Assembly (NCBI GenBank): GCA_034530875.2
Contig: JAVRCJ020000058.1
Coordinates: 1-34,675 of the forward strand
Direction: 5' to 3'
Length of the DNA stretch: 34,675 nt
Source: Nostoc sp. DedSLP01
GTDB lineage: Bacteria; Cyanobacteriota; Cyanobacteriia; Cyanobacteriales; Nostocaceae
This document shows, one piece after another, positions 17,932 through 27,937 of this stretch (positions are counted from its first letter, which is position 1; every line of letters begins with the position of its first letter). Made by a program: the position numbers and the translations under genes. The notes beneath the pieces are model-generated. The model saw nothing but the letters and a program-made list of their open reading frames with translations. It searched no databases and had not been told where the DNA came from.

Positions 17932-20900
17932 ATGATAGTACTATCCAATGAGATACTTCCCCTTTCTGAATATCGCATCACAGAGCAAATTTATTCTGGT
18001 AGTAAAACCTTAGTTTATCGAGCGATCGCAAAGCAAGACCAAAAGACAGTAGTCATTAAAGTGATGCGCAATGAGTATCCTACTATCCATGAAATTGCCC
18101 AATTCAGAAATCAATATACAATTACTAAAAATTTGAATTTGCAGGGGATAGTTAAACCTCTCGGCTTAGAGAATTATCGTAATGCTTATGCCCTAGTGAT
18201 GGAAGACTTTAACGGCATATCCCTCAAAGATTGGGTCAAGAAAAAACAAAAAAATGTTATTAGCTTGAGCGAGTTTTTTCAAGTTGCTATACAAATAGTA
18301 TCTATTCTAGAGGAATTGCATCGCGATCGCATCATTCACAAAGACATTAAACCCGCCAATATTCTGATTAATCCTAACACTCTCGAAGTTAAACTTATAG
18401 ACTTCAGTATCGCTACACTACTACCAAGAGAAATTCAATTCCTTACTAACCCCAATGTCCTAGAAGGAACATTAGCTTATATTTCCCCCGAACAAACTGG
18501 AAGAATGAATCGTGGTATTGATTACCGTAGCGATTTTTATTCCTTAGGAGTCACATTTTTTGAACTGCTTTCTGGACAGTTACCCTTCACTAGCACTGAC
18601 CCAATGGAGTTAATCCATTCTCATATTGCCAAGCAACCAGACAAATTGAAAATTAAAGTTGGGCTTCTAGCGCACCAAGGGTACGACTCAAAATTCACAA
18701 ATGAAGAGATTCCGAAAATTGTTTGCGACATTGTAATGAAGTTAATGGCAAAAAATGCTGAAGACCGCTATCAAAGTACCTACGGACTCAAGCATGATTT
18801 ACAGATATGCTACAAGCACTGGGAAGAAAATCGCAATATTCCAGATTTTCAGTTAGCAGTTAAAGATATTTCCGACCGCTTTTTGATTCCTGAAAAACTT
18901 TACGGACGTCAACAAGAAGTAGCAAATCTTCTTGCAGCTTTTGACCGCGTGACACACGGTAGAACAGAAATGGTTTTGGTTGCAGGTTTCTCTGGTATTG
19001 GTAAAACTGCGGTAGTTAACGAAGTTCATAAACCCATTGCCCGACAACGTAGTTACTTTATTAAAGGTAAATTCGACCAGTTTCAACGAGAGATTCCCTT
19101 ATCAGCATTAGTACAATCTTTTAGCGACTTAATCGGACAAATTTTAATAGAAAGCGAGGCTCAAATTCAACAATGGAAAGTCAAAATTATTTCAGCACTA
19201 GGGGAACAAGCTCAGGTAATTAGTGATGTGATACCTGCCCTAGAGCAGATTATCGGCAAGCAACCAAGTTTTGCTGAACTGTCTGGTAATGCTGCCCAAA
19301 ATCGCTTCAATTTATTATTTCAGAAATTCATTCAGGTATTCATCAGCAAAGAACATCCTTTAGTAATCTTTCTTGATGATTTGCAATGGGCAGACACAAC
19401 ATCTCTGAAGTTTATTCAACTATTAATGAGTCAGAGTAATGCAGCAGCTAACAAATCTTTGTTGTCTTCTATTGAAAATCAAGAAAATCTATGGATTTCT
19501 CAATTTGAGGGAGAGAATTGGCAAAGCGATCGCACACAGAATCTCGATAATAATGAAGGTGCTTTATTATTAATTGGTGCATACAGAGATAACGAGGTTT
19601 CTCAAGCACACCCACTTTATTTGACAATCCAGCAAATTGAGAAAACAGGCTCATCTATTAATTATATTACTTTAAAATCTTTGAATCAAAATACTTTAAA
19701 TTCTTTGGTTGCTGATACTCTCACTTGTCCAGAAAATTTAGCTGTTACTTTATCGCAAATTGTTTTTGCTAAAACTAAAGGTAATCCGTTTTTTACCATT
19801 CAATTTCTGAAATCTTTACATAAAGAAAATATTATTAAATTTAACTACAGCCAAGGCTGTTGGGAATATAATATTGCCGACTTGCAAGTTTTAGCTCTCA
19901 CAGATGATGTCGTCGATTTTATGGCACTCCAAATAGAGAAACTGCCCGAAATGACGCAAGATATTTTAAAATTTGCAGCTTGTATTGGCAATGAATTTGA
20001 TTTAAGAACTCTTTCCATAATCAATGAAAAATCTGCGATATATACGGCATCAGAAATATGGAAAGCTTTATATGAAGGGCTAGTTTTACCTCAAACTGAA
20101 GCTTATAAAATCTTTCAAAATGCTAATGTTTCAGTAGAAGCTTTTGATACTCAAAAACCGCAAAACTTACTAATCGAAAGCTCTCTGTATCCTCGCTACA
20201 AATTTATACACGACCGAGTACAGCAGGCTGCTTATTCTCTTATTCCACAAGACCAAAAAAAGCAGATTCACTTGCGTATTGGGCAACTACTATTAAAAAA
20301 TATTTCAGTTGCAGAACGAGAAGAAAAGATTTTTCAGTTAGTGAATCAGTTTAATATTGCAGTTGAAATTATTACAGATCGAACTGAACGCGATGAACTA
20401 GCTCAGATGAATTTAGTTGCTGGACGTAAAGCTATAGCCTCGACTGCTTATGTTGCTGCAATTAATTATTTAAGTACTGGTATAAAACTGCTGTCAAATG
20501 ATAGTTGGGAAAGAAAATATGAGATAAGTATTGCTTTGTATGAAACAGCAGCCGAAGCTGCATACCTGAGTGGTGACTTTGAAAAAATGGAGGAATTAAT
20601 AGAGGTAGTATTAGCACAAGCAAAAACATTATTAGAAAAAGTAAAAGTTTATGAAATTAAAATTCAAGCTGATGGAGCACAAAATAAAGCATTAGCCTCT
20701 GTCAATACTTCTTTAAGCTTTTTAAAATTATTGGGAATAGAATTTCCCAGCCACCCAAACCAGCTTGATGTGCAATTAGCGATGGAGGAAATAACATCTA
20801 ATTTAGCTGGAAAGCAGATTGAGGAATTAATTCATATCTCAGATATGAAGCAGCCTGAACTATTAGCAGCTATACGTATTTTATCTAGTACTGCTCCTGT

Positions 20901-23709
20901 TGCTTATCAAGTTGCTGGGGAATTATTTTTACTTATTTGTCTCAAGCAAATAAATTTATCAATACAATATGGGAATTCTCCCTTGTCTGCTTATGCTTAC
21001 GTTGTTTATGGAGTGGTGCTTTGTGGGGTAATAAAAGATTTTGAATCTGGTTATCAATTTGGTAGGCTAGCTTTAAATTTAATGGCTAAATCTGGCGCTA
21101 AAGAAATAAAAGCCAGAGTTCTGCAAGGATTTTATTCTCTAATCGAAATTTGGCGCAAGCATGTTAGAGAAACCTTAAAACCTTTACTGGAAGCTTACTC
21201 TGCGGGGTTAGAGACAGGCGATTTAGAATTTGCAGCCTATTGTTTAATGTATTATTCTAGCTTTTCATATTTTATCGGCAAAGAATTAACAGGATTAGAA
21301 CCAGAAATAGAGAATTACAATCATGCCATTAGCCAAATAAAACAAGAAAGACCTTTTAATTGGAGTAGTATTTACAGACAAATTGTTTTAAATTTATTAG
21401 GAAATGCAGAAAATCCATATTATTTAGTTGGTATAGCTTATGACGAAAATAAAATGCTGCCTATTCATCTGGAAGCTAAGGATGGAGTAGGTCTTTTATA
21501 TTTATATCTAGGCAAATTACATCTGTGCTATTTATTTGAAGAATATTTTCTAGCAGTGGAGAATGCTACTTTAGCTGAGCAATATTTAGCTGGTGGTATA
21601 GGACAACTAGTTGTTCCTATTTTCTATTTTTATGATTCGCTAGCTAGATTAGGTGTATATCCTAATATTGAGGAAATTCAGCAGCAGCAAAATCTCGAAA
21701 AAGTGGCTGCTAATCAGGAAATGATGAATCAATGGGCGCATTATGCCCCAATGAATTATTTACATAAATTTTATTTAGTAGAGGCAGAAAAACACCGGAT
21801 TCTTGGTGAATATCTTGAAGCAATGGATGATTATGACCAAGCTATTACCTACGCTAAAAAATATGGATATCTGAATGAAGAAGCTTTAGCTCAGGAGCTT
21901 GCAGCTAAGTTTTATTTACAAATCAATAAACAAAAGATTGCCCAAACTTACTTGACTGATGCCTACTATAACTACTTGAAGTGGGGAGCATTAGCAAAAG
22001 TTGAAGATTTACAAAAACGCTATTCTCAATTACTTGCTGCGATTATCCAGCAAGAAAAATTTAATATTAATATTAACGATAATAGCACTGCTTCCATACG
22101 TATATCGCATTCAATTCCTACTAATAATGAAACACTTATGAGTACTAGTGTTTCAGATATGCTAGATTTGACATCTGTGATTAAAGCCTCTCAAGCAATT
22201 TCTGGAAAAATTGAGATGCAACAACTGCTTTCTGCATTAATAGCAGTTGTAATTGAAAATGCAGGAGCTTCCAAGTGCGTGATGATTTTGAGCGAAGGTG
22301 ATAAATTGAACTTAACTGTTGCAGCAGTGGGTTTGAGTTCAACCTCTGGAGGTATTTGCACGCAGTTTCCATCAGTTGATTTAGAGTCGAGTTCTGATGT
22401 TCCAATTACTTTAATTAACTATGTTAAACGTACAAGACAAATCTTTGTCAGCGATAATGTAAAAACTGTTAACTTTTTAGTAAATGATTCTTATATTCTT
22501 GAAGAGCAACCCAAAAGCTTCTTGTGTATTCCGATTATCAATCAAGGTAATTTGCTGGGTATTCTTTATCTGGAAAACAATTTAACAACGGCAGCATTTA
22601 CACGCGATCGCATTGGAATTATCAACCTCATTAGCACTCAAGCAGCAATATCTTTGGAGAATGCTATCCTCTATAAAAACTTAGAAAAATATAGCCAAAC
22701 TCTGGAAGATAAAGTTAATGAAAGAACGCAAGAATTGAATGATAGAAATCAATCTTTGCTAAAAGCTATACAAGAATTGCACAATACCCAAACTCAATTA
22801 ATCCAAAGTGAGAAAATGTCTTCACTAGGGCAAATGGTGGCAGGTATCGCACATGAAGTTAATAATCCGATCAACTTTATTCATGGAAATATAACTCATA
22901 TTCATGAATATGTTGAAGGCTTACTAGATTTAATCGATAGCTATCAACAAGAATGCCCAAATTCTTCTATTTTAATTCAAGACAAAATTGCCAGAATTGA
23001 CCTTAATTTTCTAGTAGATGATTTACCCAAAATTCTTGATTCTATGAAGCTTGGAAGTTCCAGAATCCGAAATATTATTTTGGGTTTACGCAATTTCTCG
23101 CGCTTAGATGAAGCGGAAATGAAACCTGTAAATATTCATGAAGGTATTGATAGCACTTTGATGCTTTTACAGCACCGACTCAAAGAAAAAAGCGGACGCT
23201 CTGAAATTGAAGTCATCAAAGAATACGGACATTTACCAGAAGTTACTTGTTATGCAGGTCAACTTAATCAGGTATTTATGAATATTTTAAATAATGCGAT
23301 CGATGCTTTGGAAGAGTTATTTGTCACATTAGTAGACAAACAGAAAAGTCATACAGCAGACTTGCAGGAAGGTCTGCAACGAGCTTCTCTACGAGACGCT
23401 ACGCGTAGCTTGCTTCCCCAAAGGGGTACGCTTACGCAATTTCAAGGACAAATTCATATCGCTACTGAACTCACAAATTCCAATACGGTGAAAATTCGGA
23501 TTGCTGATAACGGTTGCGGCATGACTTCCCAAGTACAACAAAAAATCTTTGACCCATTTTTTACCACTAAATCAGTAGGAAATGGTATAGGTTTGGGGTT
23601 GTCGATTAGCTATCAAATTGTTGTGGACAAACACAAAGGCCAGTTAATCTGTTGTTCTGTTCCAGGAGAAGGAACTGATTTCATAATCGAGATACCGATA
23701 CGGCAATGA
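17932..23709 (+). CDS. Hybrid Ser/Thr kinase - AAA ATPase - GAF - histidine kinase (HstK-type)
   Basis: Kinase motifs HKDIKPANIL, DFS, GTLAYISPEQTGRMNR. Walker A GFSGIGKT and Walker B LVIFLDDLQWAD. FIHDRVQQAAY. GAF motif GILYLENN. HisKA GIAHEVNNP. HATPase NAIDA, DNGCGM, FFTTK, GLGL. Confidence 0.95.
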   Translation: MIVLSNEILPLSEYRITEQIYSGSKTLVYRAIAKQDQKTVVIKVMRNEYPTIHEIAQFRNQYTITKNLNLQGIVKPLGLENYRNAYALVMEDFNGISLKDWVKKKQKNVISLSEFFQVAIQIVSILEELHRDRIIHKDIKPANILINPNTLEVKLIDFSIATLLPREIQFLTNPNVLEGTLAYISPEQTGRMNRGIDYRSDFYSLGVTFFELLSGQLPFTSTDPMELIHSHIAKQPDKLKIKVGLLAHQGYDSKFTNEEIPKIVCDIVMKLMAKNAEDRYQSTYGLKHDLQICYKHWEENRNIPDFQLAVKDISDRFLIPEKLYGRQQEVANLLAAFDRVTHGRTEMVLVAGFSGIGKTAVVNEVHKPIARQRSYFIKGKFDQFQREIPLSALVQSFSDLIGQILIESEAQIQQWKVKIISALGEQAQVISDVIPALEQIIGKQPSFAELSGNAAQNRFNLLFQKFIQVFISKEHPLVIFLDDLQWADTTSLKFIQLLMSQSNAAANKSLLSSIENQENLWISQFEGENWQSDRTQNLDNNEGALLLIGAYRDNEVSQAHPLYLTIQQIEKTGSSINYITLKSLNQNTLNSLVADTLTCPENLAVTLSQIVFAKTKGNPFFTIQFLKSLHKENIIKFNYSQGCWEYNIADLQVLALTDDVVDFMALQIEKLPEMTQDILKFAACIGNEFDLRTLSIINEKSAIYTASEIWKALYEGLVLPQTEAYKIFQNANVSVEAFDTQKPQNLLIESSLYPRYKFIHDRVQQAAYSLIPQDQKKQIHLRIGQLLLKNISVAEREEKIFQLVNQFNIAVEIITDRTERDELAQMNLVAGRKAIASTAYVAAINYLSTGIKLLSNDSWERKYEISIALYETAAEAAYLSGDFEKMEELIEVVLAQAKTLLEKVKVYEIKIQADGAQNKALASVNTSLSFLKLLGIEFPSHPNQLDVQLAMEEITSNLAGKQIEELIHISDMKQPELLAAIRILSSTAPVAYQVAGELFLLICLKQINLSIQYGNSPLSAYAYVVYGVVLCGVIKDFESGYQFGRLALNLMAKSGAKEIKARVLQGFYSLIEIWRKHVRETLKPLLEAYSAGLETGDLEFAAYCLMYYSSFSYFIGKELTGLEPEIENYNHAISQIKQERPFNWSSIYRQIVLNLLGNAENPYYLVGIAYDENKMLPIHLEAKDGVGLLYLYLGKLHLCYLFEEYFLAVENATLAEQYLAGGIGQLVVPIFYFYDSLARLGVYPNIEEIQQQQNLEKVAANQEMMNQWAHYAPMNYLHKFYLVEAEKHRILGEYLEAMDDYDQAITYAKKYGYLNEEALAQELAAKFYLQINKQKIAQTYLTDAYYNYLKWGALAKVEDLQKRYSQLLAAIIQQEKFNININDNSTASIRISHSIPTNNETLMSTSVSDMLDLTSVIKASQAISGKIEMQQLLSALIAVVIENAGASKCVMILSEGDKLNLTVAAVGLSSTSGGICTQFPSVDLESSSDVPITLINYVKRTRQIFVSDNVKTVNFLVNDSYILEEQPKSFLCIPIINQGNLLGILYLENNLTTAAFTRDRIGIINLISTQAAISLENAILYKNLEKYSQTLEDKVNERTQELNDRNQSLLKAIQELHNTQTQLIQSEKMSSLGQMVAGIAHEVNNPINFIHGNITHIHEYVEGLLDLIDSYQQECPNSSILIQDKIARIDLNFLVDDLPKILDSMKLGSSRIRNIILGLRNFSRLDEAEMKPVNIHEGIDSTLMLLQHRLKEKSGRSEIEVIKEYGHLPEVTCYAGQLNQVFMNILNNAIDALEELFVTLVDKQKSHTADLQEGLQRASLRDATRSLLPQRGTLTQFQGQIHIATELTNSNTVKIRIADNGCGMTSQVQQKIFDPFFTTKSVGNGIGLGLSISYQIVVDKHKGQLICCSVPGEGTDFIIEIPIRQ
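23384..23432 (+). repeat. Short dispersed repeat inserted in frame in the HATPase domain
   Basis: CTTCTCTACGAGACGCT (23384-23400) is identical to 10703-10719 and 10738-10754. Confidence 0.75.
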
Positions 23710-23729
23710 TAACTGGGTATGGGGCAAGC

Positions 23730-23837
23730 GGGGAGTGTGGGAGGTGTGGGAGGTGTGGGAGGTGTGGGAGGATGGGGAAGAAATCTTTCCCCCCACACTC
23801 CCCTCTCTCCCCACACTTCCCCATCTCCCAGCCCCCT
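23730..23837. repeat. G-rich 9-mer tandem repeats followed by their degenerate complement (probable bidirectional terminator)
   Basis: (GTGTGGGAG)x4 then GATGGGGAAGA-aa-TCTTTCCCCCCACACTCCCC..., located between two convergent stop codons. Confidence 0.75.
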
Positions 23838-25298
23838 CTACAATTGCGTAACCACAGACAATTTTTTAGGAACGTCTTGTTCGTCAACAAGCTGCTGATT
23901 TTTCCTTTGCCAATTCATGACTCGCTTCAACACTTTTGTGCTGATACTGGGATGGAAAAATGCAGTGGGTGGCTTTAGCATGTGTATGACTTCTAAAAAT
24001 GTCTTGTGAATCTCGGCATTTTCAGTTTGTAGCAACAAAACTCGATTGACATACCGCTGCATAACGCGGCTGATGAAATCTGATTTTCCCCCTTCAGTGG
24101 TATGCCAACGTAAATCTTCGCCTGTTGTCATTAACCAAGGTGCAGCAATTACTTTGTTCAGTTCTTTTTGAAAGTATCGAGATAAACCGATTAAACTCCC
24201 ATCGTGGTACTTAAATAATTGCTGATTTAAACATTGGTCTAGAGTCAATGCTTCTAAAGCAGCAACTGTCATACCCTGTCCGTAGACTGGATTAAAAGCA
24301 CAGACGGCATCGCCCACTAACAAAAAGCCTTCTGGGAATCTTTTAAGTTTTTCATAATGACGGAGACGATTTTCTGTTCGCCGGTATCCATATATAGATG
24401 AGAGTGGCTGAGCATCTTTGATAGCTTCGTATATGGCTGGCGATCGCAAGCTACGCGCAAAGTCTAGAAAGCCTTCTTTATCAGTAGGTGGATAATCTTT
24501 ACCTACACCTATGAGTGTGAGAATCCAACGATTACCTTCAACTTTATAAATTACACCACCACGATTGTTATTTGGTGGTTGTACTGTCACATACAAACAC
24601 TGCCAATCATATTGCAAATTAGTTGGAGGTTCATACCAACAGCTGGCATAGCCTAAAAAAGAATTGATTACTGTCTCTTGGGGCGGCGTGTAACCCATTG
24701 CTTCTAACCATTGAGGTGCCGGCGAGTTGCGTCCACTCGCATCCACAACTAAATCGGCAGTGAAATCTGTTTCTGGTTGATTGCGAAAGCGTACTCGCAC
24801 ACCTGTAACGCTAGTCCCGTCTGAACTAGACAATAAAGAGACTACTTGTCCTCCTTGGATAAACACAAGATTGTTTTCAGTAGCTAATCGCTGTCGGATA
24901 GTTTTCTCTAGAAGATTGCGACTGCAAGTATGAGTAATTAAACCAGAATTAAAACGAGGTGCCCAACCTGCAAAACCCAGCCAGGGTAAATCATTTCCCC
25001 AATCTAAAGAAGATGCACCAGAGTCAGCTAATTGAGTCTCTATACCAGGAAAAAGTTCTTCCAAAACCTGCAAACCACGCTTGAGTAGGGTATGGACATG
25101 AGGAGATTGGGGTACACCGGCACGGTGTTCTGCTTCTTGTGTGAAGTTATCCCGTTCGATAACTGTTACTCGCTCAAAGTATTTGGTCAGTACTTTTGCA
25201 CTTAACAATCCAGCAATACTTCCCCCAATGACAACAACGTGTTTAGGCTGGCAAACAGATGATTGTAGAGATGAAGTTAATACTTCTAAATTGGTCAT
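23838..25298 (-). CDS. FAD-dependent monooxygenase, putative epoxidase (LasC/MonCI-like family)
   Basis: Rossmann motif VVIGGSIAGL, RAGVPQSPHVHTLL, DLVVDASGR, GDAVCAFNPVYGQGMT. AAGGTAAG RBS upstream. Confidence 0.85.
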   Translation of the reverse strand: MTNLEVLTSSLQSSVCQPKHVVVIGGSIAGLLSAKVLTKYFERVTVIERDNFTQEAEHRAGVPQSPHVHTLLKRGLQVLEELFPGIETQLADSGASSLDWGNDLPWLGFAGWAPRFNSGLITHTCSRNLLEKTIRQRLATENNLVFIQGGQVVSLLSSSDGTSVTGVRVRFRNQPETDFTADLVVDASGRNSPAPQWLEAMGYTPPQETVINSFLGYASCWYEPPTNLQYDWQCLYVTVQPPNNNRGGVIYKVEGNRWILTLIGVGKDYPPTDKEGFLDFARSLRSPAIYEAIKDAQPLSSIYGYRRTENRLRHYEKLKRFPEGFLLVGDAVCAFNPVYGQGMTVAALEALTLDQCLNQQLFKYHDGSLIGLSRYFQKELNKVIAAPWLMTTGEDLRWHTTEGGKSDFISRVMQRYVNRVLLLQTENAEIHKTFLEVIHMLKPPTAFFHPSISTKVLKRVMNWQRKNQQLVDEQDVPKKLSVVTQL

Positions 25299-25360
25299 AC
25301 TTCTTACCTTTTGAAAAAACTTGGTTGGACAATACCCCTGGCTGAATTCTGCTGTATCAC

Positions 25361-26272
25361 TTAAAGAACAACAATCGCACTAGCTAGAACCAGACAATAC
25401 CAGTAAGTAAAGAGCATGTAAGTCTGATGATCTTCTTGTGGAGAACAATTAAATACAATTCGCGCTGCAATAAACCAGCTAAATACCGCCAGTACAATAT
25501 CGCATAGTAAAGTACTTACGGTATTTACCGTCGGTATCAATAGTATGAAATGGATAATAAATGGTAGTAATCCGAAACCCAGACTCAGTAAAAATCTGCT
25601 TGCTGTTTCTCCAAAGGCGATAGGAAATGTGCTTCGGTTAACAGCCAAATCGCCTTCAATATCCCGGAGATCCTGAACCGCGACTAGCGTACTCCAAATA
25701 GCACCGATGAGAAACAGCCAACGCCAGGCGATGGGTGTAATTGGCGTCACTAATTGCCAGACTGCTGCTAAATGCGCGAATGTACCTAATCCAATCAAGA
25801 AGTTTTTCGTAATCCAGTACTTATCCCAACCGCCAAAATTATGCAGAACTACAACCATCTGGCAAATTAAAGCCCATTCTAAAACCCCAAAGTACCAGCC
25901 TACAAACGTAAAGAAGGCCATACTCAAAAACCATCTCACTAACGCCCCATGAAGTGAGATTTTTCCCGTAACCAATGGGCGATTTGGCTTGTTAATTCTA
26001 TCTTCTTCAACACCAGCTATTTGGTTAGATAAACAAAATGAGAAAAGGTACAACCAAACAAATAGTATGCCAGGTGTCAATGCAAAAAGTAATTGACTAA
26101 AAGGCGCTTGTACATAATGCCACGCAGCTACTATAAATAGTATTGGCGGTACGACCGTACTTGAAAGATCGCGCCCAGTAAATTGCCAAAGCAAATGCAA
26201 CTCTCGAAGCAGGCTTTTATATAAATTTATTGCAGCAAAATTTGAAGATACAACTCTAGTTTGTGCATCCAT
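25361..26272 (-). CDS. UbiA-superfamily membrane protein with terpene-synthase-type motifs
   Basis: Several hydrophobic helices. First motif SNQIAGVEEDRINKPNRP (NxxxGxxxD rather than NDxxDxxxD); second motif VQDLRDIEGD (QDxxDxxxD). Confidence 0.85.
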   Translation of the reverse strand: MDAQTRVVSSNFAAINLYKSLLRELHLLWQFTGRDLSSTVVPPILFIVAAWHYVQAPFSQLLFALTPGILFVWLYLFSFCLSNQIAGVEEDRINKPNRPLVTGKISLHGALVRWFLSMAFFTFVGWYFGVLEWALICQMVVVLHNFGGWDKYWITKNFLIGLGTFAHLAAVWQLVTPITPIAWRWLFLIGAIWSTLVAVQDLRDIEGDLAVNRSTFPIAFGETASRFLLSLGFGLLPFIIHFILLIPTVNTVSTLLCDIVLAVFSWFIAARIVFNCSPQEDHQTYMLFTYWYCLVLASAIVVL

Positions 26273-26791
26273 TGAATTTTCTATCCTTGAGTAATTATGA
26301 AATCAAATTAGTAGTATAGCTATCCTAGCTAGACCGCAAACATAGATTTTCAGAATAATCTCACGCGCCAGCAGCACCAAGTTTAACAAGTCGTTTGGAT
26401 AGGTTCCCCGACTTGCGATCGCTATGGTTGCATTGCAATATTTCCAGACATAGATGCCCAGAAAGGAGATCGCAAAAAATCTGTTGTTTTCACAACCAAC
26501 TAAAGATTGCTATAGTAATAAATAGCAAGCAGGATCGTCAAAGAAGCTTTTTTGCTAAAAGCTACCAAGTCAAAAAACTGCTACTTCTATACCACTACTA
26601 AACCAAGCGTTTTAATCCACCTTCCAAAATCAAATTTTTTTATTAACTGAAATGTCAAAATCATCGAAACTGGAAGCTTATAACTAAAATTTTGATATCC
26701 AAATATGTAGATATAAAGCTAAAATATTTATATCCAGATATTTATTTTAGTTTGTAAAAATGTTTGCCTAAAAGCAATATTCAAAGATATG

Positions 26792-26912
26792 ATACAGCAG
26801 ATTTCATTTGCATGAGGTACAAATTGACTGGTTTTGAGGCAGGAGGGAGAAGAAGAATTTTTATCTTTGACTTCTCTAGTTGTGTACCTCATTTAGTTGC
26901 AAACTGCTGTAT
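26792..26912. mobile_element. MITE-like element with bipartite terminal inverted repeats
   Basis: ATACAGCAG..ATGAGGTACA at the left end pairs with TGTACCTCAT..CTGCTGTAT at the right end. No ORF and no clean target duplication. Confidence 0.65.
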
Positions 26913-27856
26913 GTAATTTTTTCTTTAAAAAACTGAAAAATTAGATACCCCAAAGTACTTGCTTTTTTGAGCATATTTATATAGATTATGATTTGTTTAA
27001 CATTTTATTAATATCTCACTGAATTTAATAATTCTTTAATAGGAAAAATCTGACTTGATTACTAGAGTAGTCAAGTAGAAGAATTATTTTTTAGCGGGAT
27101 TTACTTAAACTTCTTAACTTATCAATAATTATTTAACTTTATTTTTATAATCGTAACCGTATTTTTAATTAATTTTAATCAATTGACAGATATATTTTTA
27201 ACAATGTAGTGTTTGTAATACCTAGGTATGCTCTAAGTACTTAGGTAAGTACTTAAAATTGATTAGTTTATACATATTAGTTCAGCAAATTTTAATATAT
27301 CTATATTTTCGATCGCATCTGATAAACAAAATAAATATCCTATTTTATATACGCTAAGCTTAAGTATTTACACTTAAAAGTCAAGGTTTTATCACATTAC
27401 AGTCTTTTTTTAAAGAGATATATTTCACAGAATGAAAAGCTGTTAAGGCTAACAATAGCTAGAATCTTCTACCCAAAGATAGAGATTTATATATATTTTA
27501 GTTATAGTATAAAATAAACCAAGTATTAAAAATCTATTGTTTTTACGGTTGACAAAAAAGATAAAATATAAGTTGAAAGATGAGTATATTCATTATCTAT
27601 ATTAAAGCCTGTAATAGTAAGTATATTTGATAGCTATTTGTTACTTAAATAGTAGTCTAAAATTCGAGCAAAATTCCTGTAAAAAGCATTATATAAGGAT
27701 TCTAGGTAGAAAACACACATGTATTTAAATTGCAGTACTAGTTAAGTATGAAGAGCGATCGCTAATTCAGGTAATTCCACATCAAAAAATATCTAGCTAC
27801 TCCTTTTGGGGTACCTGTGAAATCTGAAGCTTTGTACTCCTGCTTGGTAGAAATAC

Positions 27857-27899
27857 GACAGTATGTCTTTTGACATAGTTGTACTCCAACCGTAACAAT
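27857..27899 (+). promoter_or_regulatory. TonB-receptor promoter with the same operator/-35 architecture as petJ
   Basis: GACA-GTA-TGTC (27857-27867), consensus TTGACA (27870-27875), 18 nt, then AACAAT (27894-27899). Confidence 0.6.
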
Positions 27900-27937
27900 G
27901 CCCGTGGTGACTGTTTTAACTTGGTGTGATAGAGAAC

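Noticed and set aside
23613..23978. Short ORFs (PPTPPT / CGRCGR repeats)
   Set aside because: Translations of the 9-bp tandem repeat that overlap real genes.
26387..26420. Cobalamin riboswitch (minus strand reads CAAGTCGGGGAACCTATCC, like a B12-box 3' end)
   Set aside because: The upstream conserved riboswitch core is absent. It shares CAAGTCGG with a GC-rich patch at 30670-30698 and looks like a degenerate dispersed repeat or hairpin.
27700..27937. B12 riboswitch or Fur box implying a btuB or siderophore-receptor call
   Set aside because: No riboswitch core or convincing Fur box was seen, so no gene symbol or substrate was assigned.
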